This document shows, in pieces, positions 50,189-60,030 of a DNA stretch of 64,000 nucleotides. Position numbers and translations under genes: made by a program. Source of the stretch: Candidatus Bathyarchaeota archaeon (GTDB taxonomy: Archaea > Thermoproteota > Bathyarchaeia > Bathyarchaeales > Bathycorpusculaceae); NCBI GenBank assembly GCA_963775895.1, contig CAVZKL010000012.1:11742-75741 (forward strand), written 5' to 3'. The notes beneath the pieces were generated by a model. The model did not search any database. It had not been told where the DNA came from and saw only the letters and a list, made by a program, of their open reading frames with translations. Position 1 is the first letter of the stretch; each line of letters starts with the position of its first letter.

Positions 50189-51343
50189 TCAGCTCTTCTT
50201 GTCGTGCGAAAAAGGAAAAGGGACTTCCTTACCCGATCCTCCGCCGTTGCGAACTACCTTGTAATAAGTGAACGCTTCTTTGACCAAATCTGGAGCGGAC
50301 CCTCTGAACAGCAGTGAATAGGGTGTCGTACAGCCGGCAAGACAAGACTTGCAATTCTTTCTAGCCTCTAGCACCTGCTGGAATCGACTTGTCCCCAGCA
50401 ATTCTGCCATTGAAGAAGTCACGAGCGACCCAATTTTCCATTCGGAAGAATTTGGTACTATCGGGCAGATGCGGAGATCACCGAGGGGTGACACTCCCAT
50501 GTACAAGCGCCCGGCATCACAGATGTGCGGCATCTCGCCTTTAACAAACTTCGGGAAGAACTCGATCACTTTCTCCGAGGGCCCGATGAACGGGTTGGTT
50601 TCCTTTTCCTTCAGAACATCGAGAACGAAACCGTCAACTTTGTCGCTGGGAATAGAGTACGCCGATATGAAATTGTCCTCTCCTCCAACGGGGAAACCTG
50701 TTATGAATACGCCAAGATTCTTGATCCAATTGCAGAAAGGAATGAATTCTTTGTAGTTCACGTTGTTCAGAACAAAATTCACACCGACGACACAATCGCC
50801 CTTTACGGCAAGCAGATTCTTCAACCCTGCAAGAGCTTGCTTAAACGTTCCTTCCTCTCCTCGAATCTTATCATGGGTTTCCTCGAAACCGTCAAAAGAA
50901 ACGAAAACCGTATCAAACACGCTCGAAATGGATTTCGCTCTTTTGGGAGTCAGCAAGGTACCGTTCGTATTAACGCCAACGACAACTCCCTTGCGCTTAG
51001 CAACTGCAGCTATTTCTTCCAGGTCCCTCCTAATCAGTGGCTCTCCGCCGGTGATACCCAAGATGCCGACGCCGAGGTCCCCAAGTTCACTGACGATTTT
51101 CTTCGCTTGATCCGTGTCCAGCTCTTTCGGGTTCTTCAGCTTCCACGCATCACAGAACATGCATCTTCGGTTGCATCGAAAGGTTATCTGGTAACTGACG
51201 AAAAACGGCCTCGGACAGCCTATTTTGTATCTCACAAGGCTATTTGCGATCTTTAGCGCGGGCATCAATATGTTTCTGCTCACTCTGACCACCGAGGCCT
51301 CTGGAGACACTTTCGAACAGGTTCTCTTAGCAACCGGTGACAC
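50189..51343 (-). CDS. Radical SAM protein with SPASM/twitch domain
   Basis: CNRRCMFC, TGGEP, TNG, SFDG; CDAG..RICP..CKSCLAGC. Confidence 0.9.
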   Translation of the reverse strand: MSPVAKRTCSKVSPEASVVRVSRNILMPALKIANSLVRYKIGCPRPFFVSYQITFRCNRRCMFCDAWKLKNPKELDTDQAKKIVSELGDLGVGILGITGGEPLIRRDLEEIAAVAKRKGVVVGVNTNGTLLTPKRAKSISSVFDTVFVSFDGFEETHDKIRGEEGTFKQALAGLKNLLAVKGDCVVGVNFVLNNVNYKEFIPFCNWIKNLGVFITGFPVGGEDNFISAYSIPSDKVDGFVLDVLKEKETNPFIGPSEKVIEFFPKFVKGEMPHICDAGRLYMGVSPLGDLRICPIVPNSSEWKIGSLVTSSMAELLGTSRFQQVLEARKNCKSCLAGCTTPYSLLFRGSAPDLVKEAFTYYKVVRNGGGSGKEVPFPFSHDKKS

Positions 51344-51459
51344 TTAATTCCTGCTTCCTTGACCATCATGTCTCCAATTGTTGACCAATGATTTTGCCAT
51401 GGTCGACGATGCAAGGATTATCTAAGAGTGCCTCTTTACATAGTCCTAGGAGACTGGAA

Positions 51460-52536
51460 ATGGTCGATTCGGCAGAGCTTTTCGAGGCGATCTCGCACCC
51501 GGTGCGAATCAAGATTTTGAAGATTCTCGAGAAGCAGCCTGCAAGCTTTGCCTCCCTGAAGAGACAGCTGGACATTGAAAGCAGTGGCAACCTTGATTAT
51601 CACCTCAAGAAGCTCGCCCAACTCATAGCGGTTCGAGAGAACGGGTTGTACGGGCTTACGGACGCAGGAAAAGAAGCCCTTCTGTCGATTGGAACGATAG
51701 AGCTGTGGACTGAAATGGAAAGGCGTAAGATCAAAACACCTGGAAAACTGCCGTTGGAAGCCTCTTTGCTCATTTTGTTAGAGTCCTCGACCGTTGCGGT
51801 GGCCATACTCTGGTTTCTCTTGGCGCCTTCAACTCTGTCCATTCTTTCAGTGATCTCGATTTCAGCAGTCATCGCGTCCCTTGGCGTCGTATCAGTTTTT
51901 GGGATTCTTACTGCTGGGCGATGGAGCTGGAAAACGGTGATAGCGAAGTCGGGCATGATGATGTTGGGAGGGCTGATTCCCCTGTCCTACCTGTCCATTT
52001 TGTTGGGGGCATCTCGTGACGTGTCAGCGGAGATGGATCTATTCTATCCAACAGGAATTCTGTACATAGTGTTCGTAGTTCTGGAAACAGTGTCTGTATT
52101 CGTGGCTTTGAGAAGCCCTGTTAGGGACTATCTGGGTGCAAAGACAGTTACTCGTTTGCCTCACCGCGCCCTTCTCGGAGGAGTTGCCAGCATAGCCAGT
52201 GGGGCCTTGACGACCGTCGGGATGAGTTTGAACGTTTTCTCCTTGACGCTAAACGGTGGTGGCGCTCTAGATCTTTTGGGTAGCGCAATATTCATAGCTG
52301 GATTGGCGGTCGGAATTGGCGGGGTACTCATTCTCTTGAGAAGCTACACTCTGGGCGCTCTGATGAGCATAATCTTCGGTCTCTTCCCATCACTCGCTTA
52401 CTACCAAGCTTCTCAGGTTGTCCAGAGGCTTTTCGGAGGCTCTAACGTCACCATTGTGCTATCAGTTATTCTGGGATTGTTACCCATAATCGGCGGAATA
52501 CTTGCGTTGGTCAGCATGCGCAAAATCCGAGATTGA
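51460..52536 (+). CDS. ArsR-like wHTH regulator fused to a multi-TM domain
   Basis: FEAISHPVRIKIL..FASLKRQL..SGNLDYHLKKL..YGLTDAG, then about 9 TM segments. Confidence 0.85.
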   Translation: MVDSAELFEAISHPVRIKILKILEKQPASFASLKRQLDIESSGNLDYHLKKLAQLIAVRENGLYGLTDAGKEALLSIGTIELWTEMERRKIKTPGKLPLEASLLILLESSTVAVAILWFLLAPSTLSILSVISISAVIASLGVVSVFGILTAGRWSWKTVIAKSGMMMLGGLIPLSYLSILLGASRDVSAEMDLFYPTGILYIVFVVLETVSVFVALRSPVRDYLGAKTVTRLPHRALLGGVASIASGALTTVGMSLNVFSLTLNGGGALDLLGSAIFIAGLAVGIGGVLILLRSYTLGALMSIIFGLFPSLAYYQASQVVQRLFGGSNVTIVLSVILGLLPIIGGILALVSMRKIRD

Positions 52537-52596
52537 CCTTTCGGCATATTCCAACAGTCTTCGTTTGTCTCGTTTGGATTATGCAAGTTCACGGAA

Positions 52597-53199
52597 TCAG
52601 CTGATGTACCATTTCGCGAAATTTCGGATCGCATTTGCGCGGTGTGAGTACGTGTTCTTTTCAGTGATGTTCATTTCAGCGAAGGTCCGTGGGCTCTTGG
52701 TCGGTTGGAAAATAGGGTCAAAACCGAAACCAGATTTGGTATCGCTTCTTCTTTCTTCGGTCGTTATCTCTCCGTCAACTTGACCGTGAAAGCAGATCGG
52801 TGCTTTTTGTTGTGCAGAAAGATAGGCGATCACGGATTCGAAATGGGCTTTTCTGTTCTGGATGTTTCGCATGAGTTTCAGCACACCTTGATTTCCGATC
52901 GTTTTGTACGTGTAGGCTGCGTAGGGTCCTGGGAAACCGTCCAGAGCGTCGATGAACAGTCCTGCGTCCTCAACGATTATGGGAAGATGACAGTTCTTGA
53001 AGGCGTCCTTTGCGCTGGCTTTGGCGATTTCTTCGAGGCTTTCGTTCTGGATCTCTGAGGATTTGACTCTCAGCATTCCAACAGCTATGTTGTATTCGAC
53101 GAGGATTCTTCGGGCTTCGTTGAACTTGTTGATGTTGTTGGTGACGAAAAATATGATTCGACCCTTGAGCTCAAGTTTCCTGTTTTCTTCCTGTAACAT
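52597..53199 (-). CDS. rdgB: Ham1/RdgB XTP/dITP pyrophosphatase
   Basis: TNNINK, EDAGL, FPGPY, FGFDPIF, KNTYSHR. Confidence 0.95.
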   Translation of the reverse strand: MLQEENRKLELKGRIIFFVTNNINKFNEARRILVEYNIAVGMLRVKSSEIQNESLEEIAKASAKDAFKNCHLPIIVEDAGLFIDALDGFPGPYAAYTYKTIGNQGVLKLMRNIQNRKAHFESVIAYLSAQQKAPICFHGQVDGEITTEERRSDTKSGFGFDPIFQPTKSPRTFAEMNITEKNTYSHRANAIRNFAKWYIS

Positions 53200-53836
53200 A
53201 ACGTCCTCTCCTTTCTATTTCTTTGATTTTTTCTGAAATGTTTTGCAGTTCCTTCGAACCTACCACGCTGCCGTAACCGTTGAGAACCGACCGGTAGCAG
53301 TCTTCGGCAAACTGGTAGTGCGTGCTTTCAAGGGCTCTTTTCATGAGATGGAGGTCAACTCCTCTGGCCTCAAGCTCGTCGTTCTTTTCGCCAAGACCGA
53401 AGTCTACGAGGAAAACCTTTCCCTGCGTGTCCATAATCATGTTTGAAGTGGTTAGGTCGCCGTGAATCACGCTGTTCGAATGAAGCTTTGCTATCAACTG
53501 TCCTATCTTGAAGCATAGGTTTTTCCTTTCCTTTTCATCGAGTTCATCAAGGAGCATCTTGACCTGCTTTCCCTTTATAAATTCCATGACGATCGTGGTG
53601 TTTTTCAAGTCGACGAGGAAAATCTTCGGGGTTGGAACGCCAGCTCCTTTGGCCTCATGCATCAGCTGAGGTTCATGCAACGTTCTGTAATTCCGAATCT
53701 GTTCATCAAGTTCATCTGGTCTGTACTTCTTGGGCAACCTTCTCTTCAAAACCGCTTTTCGACCATGCCAGCTGGTGACGTAGAGATTGGCCTCGGCGCC
53801 TTTCTTGATCAACACGGGCGAGTTCACTTCATCCAT
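53171..53836 (-). CDS. bud32: KEOPS kinase Bud32
   Basis: GAEA, KKYR, HGDLTTSN, VDFGL, VDL, RGRY. Confidence 0.95.
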   Translation of the reverse strand: MDEVNSPVLIKKGAEANLYVTSWHGRKAVLKRRLPKKYRPDELDEQIRNYRTLHEPQLMHEAKGAGVPTPKIFLVDLKNTTIVMEFIKGKQVKMLLDELDEKERKNLCFKIGQLIAKLHSNSVIHGDLTTSNMIMDTQGKVFLVDFGLGEKNDELEARGVDLHLMKRALESTHYQFAEDCYRSVLNGYGSVVGSKELQNISEKIKEIERRGRYVTGRKQET

Positions 53837-54843
53837 GGAACCTCAACCTCGTCGACCCGCCATCTCAACTTCACAAAACTTTTCTCAACGGGCGTGGCAA
53901 CACCGTGGCGATAAGCCAACGCCCCCGTCCAAGCGATCATGGCTCCGTTGTCTATTGCAAACTGTGTCTGCACAGCATCGAACCTCACGTCATGCTCGTC
54001 GGCAACAGCCTTGATCATTGACTGCAGCCGTCTGTTAGCAGCAACACCGCCAGTTAGCAGAAGCTCCTTCTTGCCCGTGTGAGCCAAAGCCCTTTCAGTG
54101 ACTTCAGTCACCATCGAAAAAGCCGTTTCCTGAAGACTGTAACAAAGATCCTCAATTCTGTATTCGCCTTTCTTCAGCATTGAGGTAGTCGCTGTAAGCA
54201 AACCGCTCAGCGAAAGGTCCATGCCTTTTACAGCATACGGAAGGGGAATCAACTTGTTCCCTTCTAAAGCGATCTTCTCGACCACGGCCCCGAACGGCAT
54301 GCCCGGCTTTTGATGCAGCCCAGCTTCACGGGCGAAGACGTCCAAGCAGTTGCCCAAGGCAATGTCGAGCGTTTCGCCAAACACCCTGTAACGTCCTGCT
54401 TCAAAGGCTACGACCATTGTGTTTCCGCCCGACGCATAGAGCGTAACAGGGTTTTGAGCACCCGTCCTCAGCTTACCGATCTCGATGTGCGCTATGCAAT
54501 GGTTGACTCCGACAAGTGGAACGTTAAGATAGGAAGCAAGAGCCCGTGCGACGGTTGCTCCTGTTCGCAGGCATGGGCCTAATCCTGGACCTTGAGAAAA
54601 AGAGATGATCGACATGTCCTGCGGTTTTTTTCCAGATTGACTTAAAGCTTCCTTCAGCACTCTGGCGGCCACTTCAGAGTGATGTCTAGCTGCTTCCCTC
54701 GGATGTATGCCCCCTTCTGGCGGTACGTAGGCATCTATTATGTTAGCCAGTATGTTGCCGTCGAAGGTTGCTACGCCGATGCTGAAGTCATCTGCTGTTG
54801 ACTCGATTCCAAGACAACAGCCTTTCATGGTCTTGTCTTTCAT
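53824..54843 (-). CDS. kae1: tRNA N6-adenosine threonylcarbamoyltransferase Kae1
   Basis: GIESTA, GIHPREAARHH, GPGLGPCL, VNHCIAHIE, GETLDIA, GGVAAN, DNGAMIAW. Confidence 0.97.
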   Translation of the reverse strand: MKDKTMKGCCLGIESTADDFSIGVATFDGNILANIIDAYVPPEGGIHPREAARHHSEVAARVLKEALSQSGKKPQDMSIISFSQGPGLGPCLRTGATVARALASYLNVPLVGVNHCIAHIEIGKLRTGAQNPVTLYASGGNTMVVAFEAGRYRVFGETLDIALGNCLDVFAREAGLHQKPGMPFGAVVEKIALEGNKLIPLPYAVKGMDLSLSGLLTATTSMLKKGEYRIEDLCYSLQETAFSMVTEVTERALAHTGKKELLLTGGVAANRRLQSMIKAVADEHDVRFDAVQTQFAIDNGAMIAWTGALAYRHGVATPVEKSFVKLRWRVDEVEVPWMK

Positions 54844-54941
54844 TTCTTTCAGCTTTCAACATGGTTTTTGCAGGTTTTAAGCATACACCTTTTTATTATG
54901 ATCTGACGCATATTTATCTGGAATATCTGGATTTGGAGAAG

Positions 54942-55319
54942 ATGCCTAAGCGCAACGACCTGGAGCAAAGGGCTCTACAGTACATCGTGAACACGGGTTT
55001 TCAAGGCGTGCTTCAATCTGATCTCTGGCATGAGCTTGACGCCAGCAGTCGGGAAGGCTCTCGCATTGCCTTGAAACTGGAGAATAAGGGACTTATTCGA
55101 AGGGAAAAGGAACTGCGAGAGGGAAGATGGACGTACCGGTTGTTTCCGAAACGTTTGCCGGCGTCGATAGACTCCATAGTTGATTGTCCTTGTTTGATGT
55201 GCCCAGATAATCCAAGATGTGATCCGTCAACCGCCATTTCGCCCCAGAATTGCGAAAGACTCACGGAGTGGCTGCATTCAATTTCTGAAAATCAACCTGG
55301 CGTTGTTGGGGACAGCTAG
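54942..55319 (+). CDS. tfeB: Transcription factor E beta subunit (archaeal RPC34/C39 homologue)
   Basis: wHTH GVLQSDLWHEL..SSREGSRIALKLE..GLIRRE plus PCLMC...C...ISPQNC..LTEW Fe-S domain. Confidence 0.8.
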   Translation: MPKRNDLEQRALQYIVNTGFQGVLQSDLWHELDASSREGSRIALKLENKGLIRREKELREGRWTYRLFPKRLPASIDSIVDCPCLMCPDNPRCDPSTAISPQNCERLTEWLHSISENQPGVVGDS

Positions 55320-55321
55320 TT

Positions 55322-55936
55322 TTGCCCAAGAGTGCGTGGGTCGAGGATCGAAAAAGAGACTACTACTACAAGAAAGCTAAACAAGAAAAATACCGCTCTA
55401 GAGCAGCTTACAAATTGTTTGAGGCAGTCAAGAAATACGGCTTCATCGAGTATGGTGACGTTGTGGTAGATCTCGGAGCAGCTCCAGGCGGATGGATTCA
55501 AGCCGCGAGAAAGACCGTTGGAAACAAGGGGTTTGTTCTGGGAGTGGACCTTAAACCAATTGAACCTTTTCCCCAGCCTTACGTGAGAACGATAATAGGC
55601 GACATAACAGACCCAGAAACGGTGCAACAGATACTGGACATGCTTCCGAGAAAGGCTGACGCCGTGCTTTCAGACGCTTCACCGAACATTTCAGGAATAT
55701 GGGAAGTTGATCATGCCCGGCAAATAGACTTGGCTCAACAATCGCTGGAAATCGCGAAGCAAGTTCTGAAGTCCTCAGGGAGTTTTTTCGCGAAAGTGTT
55801 TCAAGGAGACATGCTCAACGACTTCGTGCAAAAAGTCAAACAGAACTTCATGAATGTCGTGTTAGTCAAACCTAAAGCCAGCAAAGCGAAGAGTGCTGAG
55901 ATCTACATTCTGGGAAGAGGTTTGAAGAATCAGTGA
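55322..55936 (+). CDS. rlmE: 23S rRNA Um2552 2'-O-methyltransferase
   Basis: YRSRAAYKL, DLGAAPGGW, SDASP, KVFQG, KP.AS...SAEIY. Confidence 0.95.
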   Translation: MPKSAWVEDRKRDYYYKKAKQEKYRSRAAYKLFEAVKKYGFIEYGDVVVDLGAAPGGWIQAARKTVGNKGFVLGVDLKPIEPFPQPYVRTIIGDITDPETVQQILDMLPRKADAVLSDASPNISGIWEVDHARQIDLAQQSLEIAKQVLKSSGSFFAKVFQGDMLNDFVQKVKQNFMNVVLVKPKASKAKSAEIYILGRGLKNQ

Positions 55937-55991
55937 AGCGAACATCAGACATAAATTCGTTCAACCTGCATAATTCAGAGAAGGTGGAAGG

Positions 55992-56690
55992 ATGAGGATA
56001 ATCTCGGCAGATTCGTCTACAGCCGTTCTGAGTGACAAGTTTGAACCAATATCGATCGTGGCAACCGCCTCGGTGCTGGTTGTTCCGCCGTACCGAGAAG
56101 CAACCGCTTTTCTGGCTGAACCAATTTTCGTGGACATCGAAAAAGGGCATGACGCAATAGTACATGAAGCAGAACTCTGCAGAGACCTGCTCAGCAAAAC
56201 AAAAGCAGACGTTGTCCATCTCGACATGTCTTTAGGATCGCTCCCGATCGAGCAGCTTAGCCCAATTCAGTTCACTAACATGAACATCTCAGCAAAAGCC
56301 AAGCGTCATCTGTTGAACGTCTTGCCGCGATTGAGAAAAATAGGGAACGAAATGACACAAAAGTACGGCGTCGAGGTTCTGGCGATTGGCAAGGAAAGCA
56401 TCCCTGTTAGAATTGCTGAGCTAACGTCAGGTGCTCACGCCATACTGTACGCTTGCAAGAAAGCCGTAGAAGAGAAACACACTGTTTTGTTGGGGTTACC
56501 TTCGAGATGTCAACCACAATCTATGGAGAGGGGCATCTATCTTGACTCATTAATGCCGGCTGAACACGACGTGAGAGGATTCGCGGAAGATTCTGAAGAA
56601 GTTCTGAAGAAAGTTAATATCACCGAGTTCCTAAACCCCGTTGCCAGAGGCTTTCGAGCTTTGAAAATCAACCCAAAGGAGGCAGAGTAG
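55992..56690 (+). CDS. DUF4152-like archaeal protein
   Basis: MRIISADS, VVPPYRE, VVHLDMSLG, AIGKESIPVRIAEL, NP.ARGF. Confidence 0.7.
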   Translation: MRIISADSSTAVLSDKFEPISIVATASVLVVPPYREATAFLAEPIFVDIEKGHDAIVHEAELCRDLLSKTKADVVHLDMSLGSLPIEQLSPIQFTNMNISAKAKRHLLNVLPRLRKIGNEMTQKYGVEVLAIGKESIPVRIAELTSGAHAILYACKKAVEEKHTVLLGLPSRCQPQSMERGIYLDSLMPAEHDVRGFAEDSEEVLKKVNITEFLNPVARGFRALKINPKEAE

Positions 56691-57239
56691 CTGTCTCTCG
56701 CTTTTTGGAGAAAAGCTTCATCAAGAAGGAAGCGAATCATCACAATCGTGATCTTCTTCCTCATATCGACACTCGTAACCTGCATAGGCGTACTGACTCC
56801 GCTAAGCCAACAAGACGCCGATCAAATCAATCAGGAAGTCGTAAACATCCGAAATAGCTCAAGCGCCCAGAGCATTCTTGTAAACAACCTTGTCATATGC
56901 TTGGTGATGTTCATTCCGATATTCGGACCCGTCTTAGGCTTCTACGCCCTCTACAACTCGGGAGTCGCCATCGAGGCGCAGGTCATAGCTGAGCCGAGGC
57001 TGAGCGGGATACCGCCGATACTCGGCTTGTTCACGGAGTTTCTGCTCCCCGTTATATGGCTGGAGTTCATCGCGTACTCCACGGCTTTTGCGGAGAGTTT
57101 CTGGCTCATAAGACGCGCCATGCAAGGGTTGTTCAAGAAAGAAATCAAGAACACTGCCATTCTGATCGCGATCTCGGCATCACTGTTGGTGGTTGGCGCA
57201 ATCGTAGAAATAGCGTTGATCAAGGCTTTTGGCGGTTAG
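56691..57239 (+). CDS. SpoIIM/DUF95-like membrane protein
   Basis: ILVNNL..IPIFGP..YNSG..P..WLEFIAYS..GAIVE; reading frame open back to CTG 56691, just after AAGGAGG. Confidence 0.78.
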   Translation: MSLAFWRKASSRRKRIITIVIFFLISTLVTCIGVLTPLSQQDADQINQEVVNIRNSSSAQSILVNNLVICLVMFIPIFGPVLGFYALYNSGVAIEAQVIAEPRLSGIPPILGLFTEFLLPVIWLEFIAYSTAFAESFWLIRRAMQGLFKKEIKNTAILIAISASLLVVGAIVEIALIKAFGG

Positions 57240-57254
57240 CCCTCAAGTTTACGA

Positions 57255-58121
57255 TCAAGCCTTCTTCGCCGGCGTGATTTCGAGGCTCATGTTGAAAGCT
57301 CTTGGACTTTGAGTCAATTCACCCAGACTCACAAGGTCAACTCCTGTTGCAGCAAATTCCAGGACGTTCTTTGCGTTGATCCCACCGCTCGCCTCCAACA
57401 AGACTTTCTTATCGCACTTCGCTTTTTTCAACGCCTCGACCGCTTTTCGGATTTTCTGCGGAGAAAAATTGTCCAACATTATGATGTCTGCCCCGGCTTT
57501 TGCTGCGCGCAACGCATCCTCAACCGTCGTCACCTCAACCTCGATTTTCTTGCTGACGGAGGCATGCTCTTTGGCTTTTCTTACGGCCTTTTCAACGCTG
57601 CCTGCAATCGCTATGTGATTGTCCTTTATCAGAACCATGTCGTCCAGATGCAGTCTATGGGTGTCTCCACCCCCTATTTCCACGGCCTTCTTGTCAAAGT
57701 ACAAGAGTCCAGGAGCAGTTTTTCGCGTGCACGCGACTCTAGCCTTAATTCTGGCCCGTTGAAGCTGGTCTACAATGTTTCTCGTTGCACTCGCTATCCC
57801 ACTCATCCGCGAAAGAAGATTGAGCAGAGTCCTCTCCGCCGTTAGGATAGTGCGAGCAGTTCCACGCATCCTGAGTATGACGTCTCTCGGCTTTGCCTTC
57901 GCCCCATCTTTCATTGAAGCTTCAACGTCAATCCTCAAGCTTTCCAGCAAAATTCGTGCTTCCTCTATTCCAGCGACCACTCCCGCGTCCTTTGCTATTA
58001 CCGATGCTTCCACGTTGGCATCAGCCGGAATCAACAGGGAAGTTGTTACGTCTCCTTCTCCGGCATCTTCGGCCAAAATCCGGAGAAGTTTTTCTTCTAT
58101 GATCTTGCGAGGTAGGAACAT
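57255..58121 (-). CDS. nadC: Quinolinate phosphoribosyltransferase
   Basis: GDVTT, AERTLLN, TRKTAPG, HRLHLDDMVLIKDNH, IEVEV, IMLDN, EASGGI. Confidence 0.96.
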   Translation of the reverse strand: MFLPRKIIEEKLLRILAEDAGEGDVTTSLLIPADANVEASVIAKDAGVVAGIEEARILLESLRIDVEASMKDGAKAKPRDVILRMRGTARTILTAERTLLNLLSRMSGIASATRNIVDQLQRARIKARVACTRKTAPGLLYFDKKAVEIGGGDTHRLHLDDMVLIKDNHIAIAGSVEKAVRKAKEHASVSKKIEVEVTTVEDALRAAKAGADIIMLDNFSPQKIRKAVEALKKAKCDKKVLLEASGGINAKNVLEFAATGVDLVSLGELTQSPRAFNMSLEITPAKKA

Positions 58122-58167
58122 GATTTAAGGTCTTTATCATTTAGCTTAAAACACTTGTTCTGTCCGT

Positions 58168-59343
58168 CTATTTTCCAGCTGCCGCCATAACCTCTTTGAC
58201 GGCGTTTTCAAGACCATCGTGTTTGAGAGCCTCTTCTTGAACCATCGTTGCCTTCTCCACCATTTCGTTCCCCAAAGTCTCTCTGACCCTTTCGAGCATT
58301 CTCTGTTTGTTCAAATGGTCCTGTAGGACAATCTTTGCAACGCCGAGGTTCTCTGCCTGTCTGGCGTTACTGATCTGTTCTGTGTGTTCGGGGGTCGGTA
58401 TCAGAATCATGGGTTTGCCGTAGCACATGCACTGAGTTATGGTTCCGTGTCCAGCTCGACCTATCGCCATGTCACATGCTTTGAGAAATTCGAATCGATT
58501 AGGAATCCACTGGTAAATTGTGACGTTTCCGTGGCGTATGGGTGTGTTGTCAGCGCTGGGATAACCGTACGACATTATGACTTCGTATTCGTCGGGGAAA
58601 TCCAGGAGTATCTTCCTCAGGACTCCTGTCACAAAAGCTTTTTCCGACGTTGGACCGCTCAACGGCGCAAAGATCATCGGTTTGTCCATCGGCAGTTTCA
58701 GTTGCTTACGAAGTTCTTCTTTGCTCCTCAGTTCTTTCGGCTGCTGGGGCAGTATTGGACCTATGAGCTTCACATTCTTGCGGTAGGATTTCGGAATCGT
58801 CAGATTTCCAACCGAAATCGTGTAGGGTGGGGGAAAATCCGGTATGAGTAGAGCCTTCACGCTCGACCAGATCTTGCCGATCAAAGTCAATGAGATTATG
58901 TCTGCAAACCTGGCTAGGTGGAGATGGTGTGTTCTTCTGGGAACTATGGGTTGGAATTGGTTGAGTATGCAGATCCTTGGAATCCTCAGGAGTCTCGCAG
59001 CCAACAGTGAGGATGCGCGAGTGTCGGAAACGACGACGTCAGGTCTGAAGGCCTCGATGCTCTTGACTTCCGCGTTTATCTGGTTGAGAAGCATGAGCGA
59101 AGCGAGAAATGGTCCTGGGTTTATGGCGGTCTGTCTGAAATCGATGCCTCCGTCGGGCTTGACTCGAAAGCCGACCGGAGGAGCCTTTATCAGCGGAAAG
59201 CCTTCCCGTTCGACGTAGTCTATTCCTTCTCCGTAGGTCGAAAACAACAGTTGAACACGGTTTTGCTCCAGCTTCCTTGCTATGGGCTCACATCTTCCAA
59301 CGTGTCCCAACCCAATTCCGCAAGGAGCAAAGTAAACTTTCAT
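58168..59343 (-). CDS. GT-B glycosyltransferase (GT28/MurG-like)
   Basis: GIGLGHVGR, PDVVVSD, GRAGHGTI, GKPMILIP..EQISNA. Confidence 0.88.
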   Translation of the reverse strand: MKVYFAPCGIGLGHVGRCEPIARKLEQNRVQLLFSTYGEGIDYVEREGFPLIKAPPVGFRVKPDGGIDFRQTAINPGPFLASLMLLNQINAEVKSIEAFRPDVVVSDTRASSLLAARLLRIPRICILNQFQPIVPRRTHHLHLARFADIISLTLIGKIWSSVKALLIPDFPPPYTISVGNLTIPKSYRKNVKLIGPILPQQPKELRSKEELRKQLKLPMDKPMIFAPLSGPTSEKAFVTGVLRKILLDFPDEYEVIMSYGYPSADNTPIRHGNVTIYQWIPNRFEFLKACDMAIGRAGHGTITQCMCYGKPMILIPTPEHTEQISNARQAENLGVAKIVLQDHLNKQRMLERVRETLGNEMVEKATMVQEEALKHDGLENAVKEVMAAAGK

Positions 59344-59566
59344 AGGATCATTTCCAGCCGAGCAGTCCATGGTTAACCTGTTTCTGTAATCGTCTTCCAG
59401 CAATGATTAGTTTTGCGACGTCTGCGCAGGAAGACTTCAATTTGAGTCACTATGCGAAGGAGAAACGTTGAGCGATTCTTAACTTTTTTGGAGCTCAACG
59501 AGGCGGGGCATAAGCAAAATTCTTAAACCGAACGCGTTCAGTAACGTAATGGAAAGGAGGATGAAT

Positions 59567-59902
59567 ATGTCCAAACCTGATAAATCGGTTACAAAAGACA
59601 TGCTCATGGGTCTGACGGTTGTGGATGCTGATGGCCGCTCGATCGGAACCGTCAAGGATGTTGCCTTTGTTGTCGGTAAGATGGGTTTATCCCTCTACGT
59701 TGAAGCAAAGAAAGGCGACAACCGAAACGTGTCGTGGGAAGAAGTTCAAGCAGTGGGAGACTTCGTCGTCTTGAAACCTGTACCGACACAGGTTCTGCAA
59801 CCACAAACAGTTATGCACACTTGTCCTACGTGCGGTAGTCCGCTGAGATACATCGAACAGTACCAAAGATGGTGGTGCGACAAAGACAGAAAATACGTAT
59901 GA
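59567..59902 (+). CDS. PRC-barrel protein with C-terminal zinc ribbon
   Basis: MGLTVVDADGRSIGTVKDV..VSWEEVQAVGDFVVLK, then CPTCGSPLRYIEQYQRWWC; AGGAGG RBS. Confidence 0.82.
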   Translation: MSKPDKSVTKDMLMGLTVVDADGRSIGTVKDVAFVVGKMGLSLYVEAKKGDNRNVSWEEVQAVGDFVVLKPVPTQVLQPQTVMHTCPTCGSPLRYIEQYQRWWCDKDRKYV

Positions 59903-60030
59903 GACGCATCTTTGCCCACACATTTTTTCCTTATCGATACAGAAATCAGTCTTCTCCGTTCTTCGCTTAAGTAGCCTTCTTCAACAAGGTGCCGACGCGA
60001 TACGTCGGACATAATGGGTTCGGCTCTTGG

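Noticed and set aside
47854-54843. Unusual KEOPS arrangement
   Set aside because: kae1-bud32-rdgB and rps15-DHH-pcc1 are standard archaeal contexts; cgi121 may lie outside the window.
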